From: Spirulina sp.
GTDB taxonomy: Bacteria > Cyanobacteriota > Cyanobacteriia > Phormidesmidales > Phormidesmidaceae
Reading direction: 5' to 3'
NCBI GenBank assembly: GCA_044070495.1
Contig: JBIPSI010000003.1
Location: 96,001 to 160,000 of the forward strand
DNA length: 64,000 nucleotides
The stretch's first letter is position 1, and each line of letters opens with the position of its first letter. The position numbers and the translations under genes were made by a program. Below are positions 16,783-26,286 of this stretch, piece after piece. A model generated the notes under the pieces. The model was given only the letters and a program-made list of their open reading frames with translations, had not been told where the DNA came from and made no database searches.

Positions 16783-17956
16783 GTCATACCCAACCAGTTT
16801 GTATGATCGCGGGTTTGAACGCCCTCACTTTGCAGATCGTGACCCACAGGCGATCACGGCAGCGGTTATTACGGAAATGGAACAACTGCTGGAACGGCAG
16901 CTATTTCCAGCCCAAATTGAGCGACTCCTGGCCAATTTACAGGCGTACCGCGAGGTCGGCGTTCGGCAGGCCATTCAATGGACAGGCGAACAAAACTTGG
17001 TGGCCTTTGCGACGGGCATTCACCTGGACTACCTCGGTGAGTTGGTGGGCTGCTATCGTCTCGGTGCAGCCCCTGCTATGACGCGCCTCCGGTTTACCCT
17101 ATCCAGGGTGCCAGACTGGGCCGTTGTGGTGCCGGAGGGAACCACCGCAACGCGGGGGCGCGGTGCAGGGCAGATTCACTGGCGCACCGTTCGCAGTGCC
17201 CGGATCAATGGGGCTATGGAGGGCGGTAGCCTGCTCCTGGATGAGGATGGCCTACCCTACGTTGAAGTGGAGGCTCAGGCTTCGACCCATGGCGTGATTG
17301 GCAATGGGTTCCAGCCGGGGGAAATCAATGCCCTTGTGACCGATCCGTTCCCTTGGTTCAAGTCCGTCGAAAACGTCGTGATTAGCCGCCAAGGGGCGGC
17401 GACCGAGTCCGATGATCGCTACCGTCATCGGATCATGCTGGCCCCTGAACAATTGGCCGGGGGCAGTGAGGGCGCTTACCAGTACGCCATCCTGAGCCTG
17501 TCTCCCTACATTACCGATGTTGCCGTCGTCCAAGATAGCCCAGGCCACATCACCGTTCTGCCGCTGACCCATGGCGGGCTACCCACACCAGAACTCCTGG
17601 CCCAGGCATCTAAGGCACTGCGTCCAGACCGTCGCCGTCCCCTAACGGATTGGGTCTCCGTTGCCGCCCCGGTAGAAGTGCCCCTGCACCTCCATGTCAC
17701 CGTTACACCCTACACCGGGCGCAATGGCATCGAGCTAGAGCAACGGCTGCGGGCGGAGCTAGATGTGTGGATGAAGCAGCGTAACCCTGTCCTGGGCGTG
17801 GATTTTGTCCCGTCTCAGGTCTGTGGCGCAATCGCGGGTATTGCCGGGGTCTATCGGGTGGAGGTGACGGCTCCCGCCTACCGGGTGATTGCCCCCAACG
17901 AATGGGCACACTACACCGGACTAACGTTGACAATGGCTGAACCACAGTCAGGCTAG
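16775..17956 (+). CDS. Baseplate J/gp47 protein
   Basis: Start ATG 16775 (ATGGCTGA overlap with W); QNLVAFATGIHLDYLGELVG, GNGFQPGEIN, GAATESDDRYRHRI, RPLTDWVSV. Confidence 0.92.
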   Translation: MAESYPTSLYDRGFERPHFADRDPQAITAAVITEMEQLLERQLFPAQIERLLANLQAYREVGVRQAIQWTGEQNLVAFATGIHLDYLGELVGCYRLGAAPAMTRLRFTLSRVPDWAVVVPEGTTATRGRGAGQIHWRTVRSARINGAMEGGSLLLDEDGLPYVEVEAQASTHGVIGNGFQPGEINALVTDPFPWFKSVENVVISRQGAATESDDRYRHRIMLAPEQLAGGSEGAYQYAILSLSPYITDVAVVQDSPGHITVLPLTHGGLPTPELLAQASKALRPDRRRPLTDWVSVAAPVEVPLHLHVTVTPYTGRNGIELEQRLRAELDVWMKQRNPVLGVDFVPSQVCGAIAGIAGVYRVEVTAPAYRVIAPNEWAHYTGLTLTMAEPQSG

Positions 17957-17962
17957 GGGGCT

Positions 17963-19012
17963 ATGTCCAAGGAAATCCTGCAACCATCCATCGCCCACGA
18001 CCCGCGCAGTCGAGCCTTCGCGGAGGTCTTGGAACGCCTAGGGCGGCTAGACCTCAGTCCGTTGCTGGTTTATCGACTGGCCACAACACGGCCTGGGGTA
18101 TTGCCGTGGCTAGCGGAACAGTTCAATGTCGGCGGCGTTAAGGGCTGGCACTGGGCTACCACGGACGATGAGCGCCGGGACTTAGTTCGTAATGCTGTTC
18201 CGCTCCATCGCCTGAAGGGAACGCTGGAGGGCTATCGTGCAGCCCTGAGAATGACCAAGACCGCGACCCTGGAGAGCTACATTGCCCCTCCAGACATGCC
18301 CTACGCAGATGCGCCCTTAACCGAGGCTGAGTGGAATCGCTTTCTGGAACAGATGCCCCAGCTTCGCCTATATCGCTATAACCACCGTGGGGTACAGCAA
18401 AGCGCCTTGCTGAGGCGGTGCTTTGTGGTAGATAACGACAGCCACCCCGCCGCCAAGTGTTATCCCATGGTCACGGGGGCATGGTCTAGGTTTGGAGAAC
18501 GGCCCTTTCTCTGGCATCCCGATGGCCAAGTCGAGGAACTACGGGTCTGGCGGCGCACCCTGACGGTAGAGGATAGATTTGCCACAACCGTCGAGGCGGT
18601 GATTCGTCCCGGTCGGGCGCTCGGCTTTTTCCCGGTAGACTATCACCAAGCATCGGGTGGTGAGGCTTCTTCGGTACGGCTGGTGGGCCAGCGATCCCGT
18701 CGGGGATACCCACTGTTGATTGATCAAGATCCGTTGAGTCGGGTGTATCGTCTGGAGCTAACCGAGCCTTTTATGCAGCAATCAGAACGGCTCAGTTCTC
18801 GCCTGTTGACCCCAGGGTACAAACAACTTCGGGCACAGTACGACATGATTGCAGAGCGTTCCGTCACCCAGGGGCAGTTTGATGGACGAATGTGGGCCGG
18901 AGGCAGCAGGCCCACACCGCCCCCGCCGTCTCAAGTCATCTCCCCGGCTCCGGTCAAGGCTCTACGCTGGAACGTTCGCGGTTCGACGCTGGTGCCACTC
19001 ATCACCCGCTAG
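17963..19012 (+). CDS. P2 GpI-like tail/baseplate protein (extended)
   Basis: LDLSPLLVY...LPWLAEQFNV.G..GW...RRDLVRNAVPLHRLKGT. Confidence 0.85.
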   Translation: MSKEILQPSIAHDPRSRAFAEVLERLGRLDLSPLLVYRLATTRPGVLPWLAEQFNVGGVKGWHWATTDDERRDLVRNAVPLHRLKGTLEGYRAALRMTKTATLESYIAPPDMPYADAPLTEAEWNRFLEQMPQLRLYRYNHRGVQQSALLRRCFVVDNDSHPAAKCYPMVTGAWSRFGERPFLWHPDGQVEELRVWRRTLTVEDRFATTVEAVIRPGRALGFFPVDYHQASGGEASSVRLVGQRSRRGYPLLIDQDPLSRVYRLELTEPFMQQSERLSSRLLTPGYKQLRAQYDMIAERSVTQGQFDGRMWAGGSRPTPPPPSQVISPAPVKALRWNVRGSTLVPLITR

Positions 19013-19048
19013 CAGGTCAAGTTAGGCCGTCCTGAAACCTACATCACC

Positions 19049-19474
19049 ATGCCCCTGTCTCCATCTACCCTCGTTCCCACCATCACTGACCTGCATCTGC
19101 TGCAATGCGCGATCACCGATCAGGCTTTCTATGCCATGCTGCTGCTGGAACTGCCGGGGCCAGAGGTCGAGGTTAGGGCCGCCATTCAAACGGCGGGTGA
19201 GCCGATAGAACTTAGCGGGGTGCAGATTCGGGCCACCGACGATGGTGGGGCCGGACTGTGGGCCGACGACGTAACTTGGATTGGCGCGACGGCGACCTCG
19301 GTGGCTGGGGTCGGTATCTTTCGTAAGGTAGGCTTGAGTCCTAGTACCAGCGATCCACTGTTCTCGGTCGTGGCCTTTGTCGATGCTGCCGGACTGACTT
19401 GCCCTATCGATTTTGCCGCTGATAACTTCACGGCATCCCTCAGCACTACTCCGTTCTTTTTGACCCGTGGCTAA
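19049..19474 (+). CDS. Hypothetical phage structural protein (141 aa)
   Basis: Within the tail operon; ADDVTWIGAT...GVGIFRKVG...SDPLF pattern recalls small tail-associated beta proteins. Confidence 0.5.
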   Translation: MPLSPSTLVPTITDLHLLQCAITDQAFYAMLLLELPGPEVEVRAAIQTAGEPIELSGVQIRATDDGGAGLWADDVTWIGATATSVAGVGIFRKVGLSPSTSDPLFSVVAFVDAAGLTCPIDFAADNFTASLSTTPFFLTRG

Positions 19475-19883
19475 TCGAACCTTCACCCTCCCCAACTCCG
19501 ATGCTCACCTACGGCTATACAAGCGCCTGTACCTATGGGACAAGGAGGCCATCCTGCGATTGGGGCGGGCCTTCGCCCACTGTGATCGCGCTCGGTTTGG
19601 AATGCCGCCGTACCACGCCCAACTGAACGCGAAGCTACAATCGCCCCCGCTACCAATCAATGTGTTCAATGGTGGTGGACGCCATGCGATGGGCTTTTTC
19701 CGGCCTGATAACGCCCATTCCCGCTACTGGGCCACGATGGAGCTAGGACGGTCGATGACCTATGCCCGCGACCGCGTGATGATCCGCACTAGGCAGACGA
19801 TCCCCGTCACTGCCGGAGATCGCATTTCGTCGGGGGCGGGAATACTAGCTGGACAATTCCTAAATCGGGATACTCATGATTGA
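19467..19883 (+). CDS. Hypothetical tail protein, possibly the C-terminal part of a split GpI-like protein
   Basis: 138 aa, overlaps the previous gene; SDAHLRLYKRLYLWD...RFGMPPYHAQL. Confidence 0.5.
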   Translation: MANRTFTLPNSDAHLRLYKRLYLWDKEAILRLGRAFAHCDRARFGMPPYHAQLNAKLQSPPLPINVFNGGGRHAMGFFRPDNAHSRYWATMELGRSMTYARDRVMIRTRQTIPVTAGDRISSGAGILAGQFLNRDTHD

Positions 19884-19940
19884 TGCTCTTGAGGGCCGTT
19901 GCGGTAGGATGGTGAGCATTGCCAACTGAGCGCGGCCATC

Positions 19941-22190
19941 ATGCATGGAAAAGTCAATTACTACGTTGGGGGCGAGTTCCAGAGCAAGGATTTAAGGGAT
20001 GCCCAACGGTTTAAGGCTGATGGGGTCGCAGCGGTGGCGGCGGATGGCATTGGCACAGGCCACTATTACGCGGGCCTAGGTGTCACCCAGGGCGGGGTTA
20101 CGTCGCTGCTGGTTGCGCCGGGACGGCTTCTGAAGGACGGTCAGTATTACACTCTGCCCCAAAGCAGTAGCCTGCCGGGGACGGCGGGGGCAGTGCTGGA
20201 GGTGGGGGCACACCTACCGATCATCCAAAACAAGATTGTGGCCCTGTGCGTCTGGGGACGGGTCATCGAAACGCAGGTGGAGAACCGTAGCTTTCGCCTC
20301 GACCTCGTGACCGATACCACCGAGTTTCGGGCCGTCCCCGTCATTCAACATTGGGAGGCGGTCGTAGACATCGTGGATGACGGCACCGAGGCCGTGGCTC
20401 CCGTGGTCCCGGCCATTCCGCCTGGAATGCTGCACTTTTGCTCTATCTGGCTCAGTCCGAGTGGCATCACGCGCATCGAGATGGTGGAGTCCGTCCGACT
20501 GCCCAGCACCATCGGGCTTCAGCACCTCCTGACCGGGATCTCCCAGTGGCGCACCCGGATCGAGGCCCAGGTGGACTCGCTCAAGGTGCAGTTTGCCGCC
20601 CTGCGAGCGATGCAGTTTAACTATGCCCGCCACCGGGAACTGATCAATATGGCCAGTGATGTAGCGCTTCTGAAGCGTTTGGCCTTGCTGCCAGCGGGTA
20701 CCTCGGCCTATGACGCAGATGCCTTCCAGGATGAGTCTGGCTCGGATACGAGCCACCCCAGCTATGATGCGCGGGTGGACTGGGGACTGTTGTTTTCCGT
20801 CGCTGCCCAGGCCACCATCAACCTGGCCTTGCTTAGCCCCAACGATGCCAACGCAAAACGGTCTGGCGACCTACTCCTTCCCGCCTACGACTCCGTGCCT
20901 CGGTTCACCAGTGGCACCTGGAATGGTCAGGACGTTGCGATGGCCATCGAGCAATCGTCCTGGGAATACGAGACGGTTGAATTTTCGAGCTGGGTCAACG
21001 TCAAGGGCTGGAGCTTTAACCACTATGCCCAGTGGTGGTGCAGCCAATTTGCTTGGTGGGGCCAGACCGACTATCGCGTTAACCGCATCTCTCAAGATTC
21101 CTACACGGCCCGCTGGCTCAATGACTGGAACCGCAACTGGACGCTGGCTCCGGTCGAGGCTGAAGTTCTGACGGCAGGGAGCCAGACCCAAGTTTCGGGT
21201 GCGGCAATTGCTCAGACCTTTGTGGCACCGACGCTATGGCTGACCGAAGTTGAGGTATTTATCACGGGGCAGGCGCAGGGGGCCGACCTTCAGTTATTCA
21301 TCTGCCCCACCTCAGAGACGGGTAAGCCGTTATTCTCGGCTGTCCTAGGGAAGGCCATCATGCCCCACGAGTCGATCCAAGTCCATCCCAAGGGCACCCG
21401 CCTACAACTGAATCATCCCGTCCTGTTGCAGGGCGGAGAGCGCTACGCGATGGTGTTGGTCAGTGATGGCATCTATCGACTGGCCACCATTGAGAGCGCC
21501 AGCTTTGCCGAGGGCACCTTTTTCACCAGCAGCAGCGGCGACTTCTTCCAGGGCGACCAGGCTATCGACCTGCTGTTTGTCTTGCACGGGGCCAAGTTCC
21601 GCTATCCGCGCACGGTGCTCAGCCTACAGCCGATCTCCCTTGCCGGGGGCATTACCGATCTAAAACTCCTACTGCGGCAGCGGGTACCCCAGGGGTGCAA
21701 CCTGGAGGTTCAGTACCAAGTCAACGGAGTTTGGCACCAGCTCAAAGATGGTGAATCGCCGTTAGATGTAGCTCCTAGCTTGGTACCGCTTCGGGCTGTC
21801 TTCCTGGGCACATCCACGATACAGCCCGCTCTTCTGATTGACGGAGCTAGCCGGGTGGAGGGCAGCCGCGCCAAGCTCACCTTTTCCCATGTATCTGCCC
21901 TACGAAGGCTGGCTACCCCGGCTCAGTCCTTTGTGGTTCGCGCCCGCACCTACGGCTACCAGGAGGGCACCCATTCCCTAACCTGTTCGATCTGGGTGGG
22001 CGAGACGGCCCATTCAGCGGAGAGTGCCGTGCTGCGGCCCGACCAGGATGGCTCCACCTTGCACACCTTCACCTTTGAGGTAGGGACGGCAGGGGCCAGC
22101 AGCTATCAGGTACACCTGACGGGCACTCGCCCCAGCCCCGAAGTCCCGCCCTTCATTGTTTCGGAGCGGGTTGAAGTGGCCATGAACTAG
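19941..22190 (+). CDS. Large baseplate/tail-fibre-associated protein, paralogue 1 (749 aa)
   Basis: Follows J/I; aligns end-to-end by eye with the next ORF; coiled-coil segment then an AQTF beta-sandwich-like domain. Confidence 0.7.
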   Translation: MHGKVNYYVGGEFQSKDLRDAQRFKADGVAAVAADGIGTGHYYAGLGVTQGGVTSLLVAPGRLLKDGQYYTLPQSSSLPGTAGAVLEVGAHLPIIQNKIVALCVWGRVIETQVENRSFRLDLVTDTTEFRAVPVIQHWEAVVDIVDDGTEAVAPVVPAIPPGMLHFCSIWLSPSGITRIEMVESVRLPSTIGLQHLLTGISQWRTRIEAQVDSLKVQFAALRAMQFNYARHRELINMASDVALLKRLALLPAGTSAYDADAFQDESGSDTSHPSYDARVDWGLLFSVAAQATINLALLSPNDANAKRSGDLLLPAYDSVPRFTSGTWNGQDVAMAIEQSSWEYETVEFSSWVNVKGWSFNHYAQWWCSQFAWWGQTDYRVNRISQDSYTARWLNDWNRNWTLAPVEAEVLTAGSQTQVSGAAIAQTFVAPTLWLTEVEVFITGQAQGADLQLFICPTSETGKPLFSAVLGKAIMPHESIQVHPKGTRLQLNHPVLLQGGERYAMVLVSDGIYRLATIESASFAEGTFFTSSSGDFFQGDQAIDLLFVLHGAKFRYPRTVLSLQPISLAGGITDLKLLLRQRVPQGCNLEVQYQVNGVWHQLKDGESPLDVAPSLVPLRAVFLGTSTIQPALLIDGASRVEGSRAKLTFSHVSALRRLATPAQSFVVRARTYGYQEGTHSLTCSIWVGETAHSAESAVLRPDQDGSTLHTFTFEVGTAGASSYQVHLTGTRPSPEVPPFIVSERVEVAMN

Positions 22191-22199
22191 GAGGTTGCC

Positions 22200-24461
22200 A
22201 TGTGGGACAGAGTACAAATTCAGGATCGGATGGAGGTTCGCGCAGGCGACCTCAATGCCATGCAGGACTACGCTAAGCAAGGCATCGAGGCACTGTTTTT
22301 TGACGGCATCGGCTCCGGCAAATATTACTCCGGGCTAGAGGTTTCTCAGATTAGTCCGACCGAGGTACGGGTTGCGCCAGGGCGTTACTGGGCAGCGGGG
22401 CAATGCTTTGCGCGGCTAGAAAATTTGCAGGTAGGCATCCAAGCCGAAACGATCCCGCTGATCAATCATCTCCCGGCTCAATACGAGCGGGCAATTGCGC
22501 TCTGTGTCTATGGCGAAGTTCGGGATACGAACGTGGAGCCACGAGACTTTTTAATCGATCTCGTGACCCAGGCGACTGAACCTGCTCCGGTACCTATCAA
22601 TCGGATGCAGTTGGCCCTGGTGGGGGTTTATCCAGGAGTAGAGAGTCCTCAGCCACAGATTCCCATCATTCCATCCGGGGTGCTGCACTTTTGCACTGTC
22701 TGGCTCCAACCCACGGGCATCGCTCGAATTGAGATGGTAGAGGCGAACCGGGTGCCTTCCACAGCAGACTGTTATCTCAACCTGGACGAGCTTCTACGCT
22801 GGAAGTCTTCGATTGAAGCGCTCCTAGAGAGCCTTCGGTCGGAATTAGCTGCGCTCTACGAACTGATCAAGAATTTCAGTCCCCTGTCTCAGCTTCGGCT
22901 CTTGGGGTTGGACATCGCCAGACTGAAGGAGTGGGCCAGCCTACCCGATACCTATAGCGCCTACGGATCCGACTGGTTTCTGGAGGAGGAGGAGTCTGAC
23001 CTGGGTTACTCCGGCTATGACGCTCGGATTGACTATGGCCTACTGTTTCCGATCTCAGCCTCGGCCAGCTCGGCAATCGCACTCCTGAGTCCCAATGATT
23101 CCAGTGTCAGGGTTAGCTATGGGCGAGTGTTGCCAACCTATACGAACCGACGACGGTTTGGCACCATGGGCTACACGGGCAAAGACATTGGACTAACGGT
23201 CGAGCAACAGTCCTTCGAGCTGCGCTCCTTCGAGATTTCGCAGTATGTCCACAAGTATGGCTGGAGCTATAACGACTACGGTGCCTGGTGGTCACAGAAC
23301 TATAACCAGGGCAAGGACTTTAGCCAGGGTTCGGCCCTTAACCTACACAACCCAAACGACAAGATCACCTTTGCCTATAACTGGACCTTGCAGTGGAACA
23401 ACCACTGGACGCTTCAGCCCGTGACCCAGCAGTACCTCGCTCCCACGACGACGACGGTGGTAGGGGCGATGGTGGCCCAGACCTTTATGGCTCCGGCCAG
23501 TATGTGGCTGACCGCTGTGGATTTACACTTCACCAAAATCGATAGTTCGGGCAGCGTTACCCTGGCGGTGTGCCGAGTCAGTGAGACGGGTGAGCCCCTG
23601 CTGGGCCAGGTCGTTACCCAGGCCACCCTGTCGCATTCCCAACTACGGCTGCATTCTCAAGCTACACAGTTCGCCCTGCCGCCTGCCTTCCTTTACTCTG
23701 GGCAGCGCTATGCCCTTTGTGTGATTAGTCAGGGGGCGCACCGTCTGGCTACGGTCAATGGTAAGGAGTTTACGGAGGGTACCCTATTCACCTCCACATC
23801 GGGCAGTTTCTTTGAGGGCGACTTAACTCAAGACCTGCTGTTCGCGATCTACAGCGCTCACTTCACCAATCCAAGAACCGTGGTAGCGCTCCAGCCGCTA
23901 TCACTCTCCGGCGGATTCTCGGATCTGGAAATCAATGCCCCCGCCTTCGTTCCCCAGGGCACCGATCTCATTTACGAAATCCAGGTCGGCGGGATCTGGC
24001 ATCCCCTCACCGAACCCACCTACTACCTTCAGTCATTGCCCGACTCGGTGCCGCTACGGGTCGTTTTCCTGGGTACAACCGACATTCAACCTGCCCTTGA
24101 ATTAACGGCTGATGCGATCCAGGTATCACGCCCCAAAACAACCTTGACCCATATCTCAACAGAGCGCACCCTGGCCAGCCCATCTAGCGACATCACGGTT
24201 AAGGTCAAAGCCCACGGGTTCAATGGCGCGGTGGGCCAGACCGATCACGATCTAGTCGCCAAGCTAGTTCTTCCTGATGGGGCGCTTCTAAGTCCTGCGG
24301 CCTCCAGCTTGGAAGTGCAGCCCGATGGGGCTACCGTCCATGTCTTCGAGTTTAGCCCTGGCACGGCCATCAACACCTATCGGGTACGCCTAGAGGGCTT
24401 TCGTTCAGGGGCTACCGTCCCCCCATTTGTCATTGTTGAGCGTCTGGATATTGCGGTCTAA
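22200..24461 (+). CDS. Large baseplate/tail-fibre-associated protein, paralogue 2 (753 aa)
   Basis: RBS GGAGG; shares YYxGLxV, LHFCxxWLxPxGIxRIEMVE, YDARxDxGLLF, AQTFxAP, FxEGTxFTS, VPLRxVFLGT and VPPF with paralogue 1. Confidence 0.7.
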   Translation: MWDRVQIQDRMEVRAGDLNAMQDYAKQGIEALFFDGIGSGKYYSGLEVSQISPTEVRVAPGRYWAAGQCFARLENLQVGIQAETIPLINHLPAQYERAIALCVYGEVRDTNVEPRDFLIDLVTQATEPAPVPINRMQLALVGVYPGVESPQPQIPIIPSGVLHFCTVWLQPTGIARIEMVEANRVPSTADCYLNLDELLRWKSSIEALLESLRSELAALYELIKNFSPLSQLRLLGLDIARLKEWASLPDTYSAYGSDWFLEEEESDLGYSGYDARIDYGLLFPISASASSAIALLSPNDSSVRVSYGRVLPTYTNRRRFGTMGYTGKDIGLTVEQQSFELRSFEISQYVHKYGWSYNDYGAWWSQNYNQGKDFSQGSALNLHNPNDKITFAYNWTLQWNNHWTLQPVTQQYLAPTTTTVVGAMVAQTFMAPASMWLTAVDLHFTKIDSSGSVTLAVCRVSETGEPLLGQVVTQATLSHSQLRLHSQATQFALPPAFLYSGQRYALCVISQGAHRLATVNGKEFTEGTLFTSTSGSFFEGDLTQDLLFAIYSAHFTNPRTVVALQPLSLSGGFSDLEINAPAFVPQGTDLIYEIQVGGIWHPLTEPTYYLQSLPDSVPLRVVFLGTTDIQPALELTADAIQVSRPKTTLTHISTERTLASPSSDITVKVKAHGFNGAVGQTDHDLVAKLVLPDGALLSPAASSLEVQPDGATVHVFEFSPGTAINTYRVRLEGFRSGATVPPFVIVERLDIAV

Positions 24462-24640
24462 TGCTACTCAAAAAAAATCTGGTGGATGATGCCGCCTACT
24501 GGATCACCCTCAAACAACCCGTGGAGATTGCGGGCAAGACGCGCTACCCGTCCAGGGGCAAGCTGCGGTTGACGGGTGCCGCTGTCAAAGCCATTTATGC
24601 GTCGTGCGCCACTATCACTCCAGCGCTGTTGGAGGACTAA
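24461..24640 (+). CDS. Small hypothetical tail-operon protein (59 aa)
   Basis: Missed by the ORF track: MLLKKNLVDDAAYWITLKQPVEIAGKTRYPSRGKLRLTGAAVKAIYASCATITPALLED*; TAATG overlaps at both ends. Confidence 0.75.
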   Translation: MLLKKNLVDDAAYWITLKQPVEIAGKTRYPSRGKLRLTGAAVKAIYASCATITPALLED

Positions 24641-26283
24641 TGCCCAGTATCTTCGAGCAAACCTATCGCTTCACGCCAGAAACACGCCTTGACCCAACCG
24701 AGCTAAATAACCGATTCTGGTCGGTCGATGCTCGCCTACGAGCGCTGGAGCGTCAGAACGCTAGCCTCGACCAGCTCATCGAAACCCTACGGGGCGATGG
24801 CGTTTCTCGGCTAACGACGGCGCTCCAGACCTTGTTGCCCAGCATCCTAGCCGATGCTCAGTCGGGTTACCTATCCGGGCTGGGGGATGCCTCGATTTTA
24901 TGGTCAGCCATTGATACGACCGGGGCCACTCCTGCCAGCATTGGGGCTGAGGTTGCCGGAACGATGGCGCTGCACCTGGCGACTCCCGGTGTTCACAGCA
25001 TCAGCGATGTGGCTGACCTAGGCAGTGCCCTCGCTGGGAAGCAGCCCTACAGTGCCCTGCTCACCGCCATCGCAGCAGCGGCACCAACGGAGTTAGGCGT
25101 TCCTGTAGGGACAGGGACAACCTATCAAGTGCTGGCCCTGGAGGCGGGCGACTCGATTGCGATTTCTCAAGTTGGAGATCGCCTACGGATCGATGCGACG
25201 GGCAGTGCCTCCGGGGAATCCAATTCCGGGGCAAACCTGGGAGCGGGCCTGCCGATCTATGCGGGCAAGGTGGGTACTACCCTAAACTTCAAGACATTGA
25301 TAGCTGCCGATAACAGCATCGACCTGGTGCAGGCAGGAGATTCACTCAGCCTGAGGGTTAATGCAGCGGCGCTAGAAATTGGGATAGATCAGGTCATCAA
25401 CCTGACCGAAGGACTGAGCGAAAAACAGCCACTCTCTAGTAACCTATCGACCCTGGCCGAGTTGGTCCCGGTTGCAGGTCAGGTGGTGACAGGAGCCGGG
25501 GGCAGCTTTCAATTGGCTACCCTTACCGCTGGGGACAACATCACGATCACCCCCAATGGCAGCACCATCACCATAGCGGCGATCAACACTGGCGAGGCCA
25601 ATACAGCCTCTAACTTGGGCAGTACAGGGGCGGGGATTTTTGCCGGTAAGTCGGACGTTGATCTCCGTTTTCGCCGCCTCAGTTCCCTCGCCGACTTTGT
25701 TGTTTTGTCCGAGGCCAGTAATACCGTCAACCTGGACTTTGACACCTCGGCCTTCTTGTCCGGTCTACCCAGTGCCGCGATCTCCTGGGGCAAAGTTAGC
25801 AAGGCGGGGGCCATGGCAGCGGATGTGGGCGCTGAGCCTACCGGGGCTGTCGCGACCCATGCTGGGGGCGCTGGGGTACATGGAATTTCTGGGGTTCAAG
25901 GGCTCCAGACAGCCCTGGACGCGAGGGTAGAACTGGTGAAGGGTTCCACCCAATCAATGCAGACTAGCCTTGCGATTACACCCGCCACAGCCAATGTGGG
26001 CAGCTATACGCCCAACCTAGCGGGACAAAACTATTTCGTCCTGACCCAGACCAGCAATACGACTATCAACAATCCGACCAACTTGCCTAGCGGTAAGGTG
26101 ATGTTCTTAGACCTCATCCTCATCCAAGACAGCACCGGAGGACGAACCACCACCTGGGGCAACGCCTACACCTGGGGCGATGGGGGTGCCCCAACCTTAA
26201 AAACGACACCCAATGCTGTCAACCTGCTGACCTTCAAGCACTGGAACGGCAAACTTTACTTCCTGGGGCATCGGAGCTATTAG
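24640..26283 (+). CDS. Tail fibre protein
   Basis: Start ATG 24640 after GGAGG; repeats HSISDVADLGSALAGKQ / HGISGVQGLQTALDAR and two GExNxxxNLG..G..I(Y/F)AGK units; C-terminal NPTN..QDSTGGRT..W..AP.L domain seen in fibre proteins. Confidence 0.75.
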   Translation: MPSIFEQTYRFTPETRLDPTELNNRFWSVDARLRALERQNASLDQLIETLRGDGVSRLTTALQTLLPSILADAQSGYLSGLGDASILWSAIDTTGATPASIGAEVAGTMALHLATPGVHSISDVADLGSALAGKQPYSALLTAIAAAAPTELGVPVGTGTTYQVLALEAGDSIAISQVGDRLRIDATGSASGESNSGANLGAGLPIYAGKVGTTLNFKTLIAADNSIDLVQAGDSLSLRVNAAALEIGIDQVINLTEGLSEKQPLSSNLSTLAELVPVAGQVVTGAGGSFQLATLTAGDNITITPNGSTITIAAINTGEANTASNLGSTGAGIFAGKSDVDLRFRRLSSLADFVVLSEASNTVNLDFDTSAFLSGLPSAAISWGKVSKAGAMAADVGAEPTGAVATHAGGAGVHGISGVQGLQTALDARVELVKGSTQSMQTSLAITPATANVGSYTPNLAGQNYFVLTQTSNTTINNPTNLPSGKVMFLDLILIQDSTGGRTTTWGNAYTWGDGGAPTLKTTPNAVNLLTFKHWNGKLYFLGHRSY

Positions 26284-26286
26284 GCC

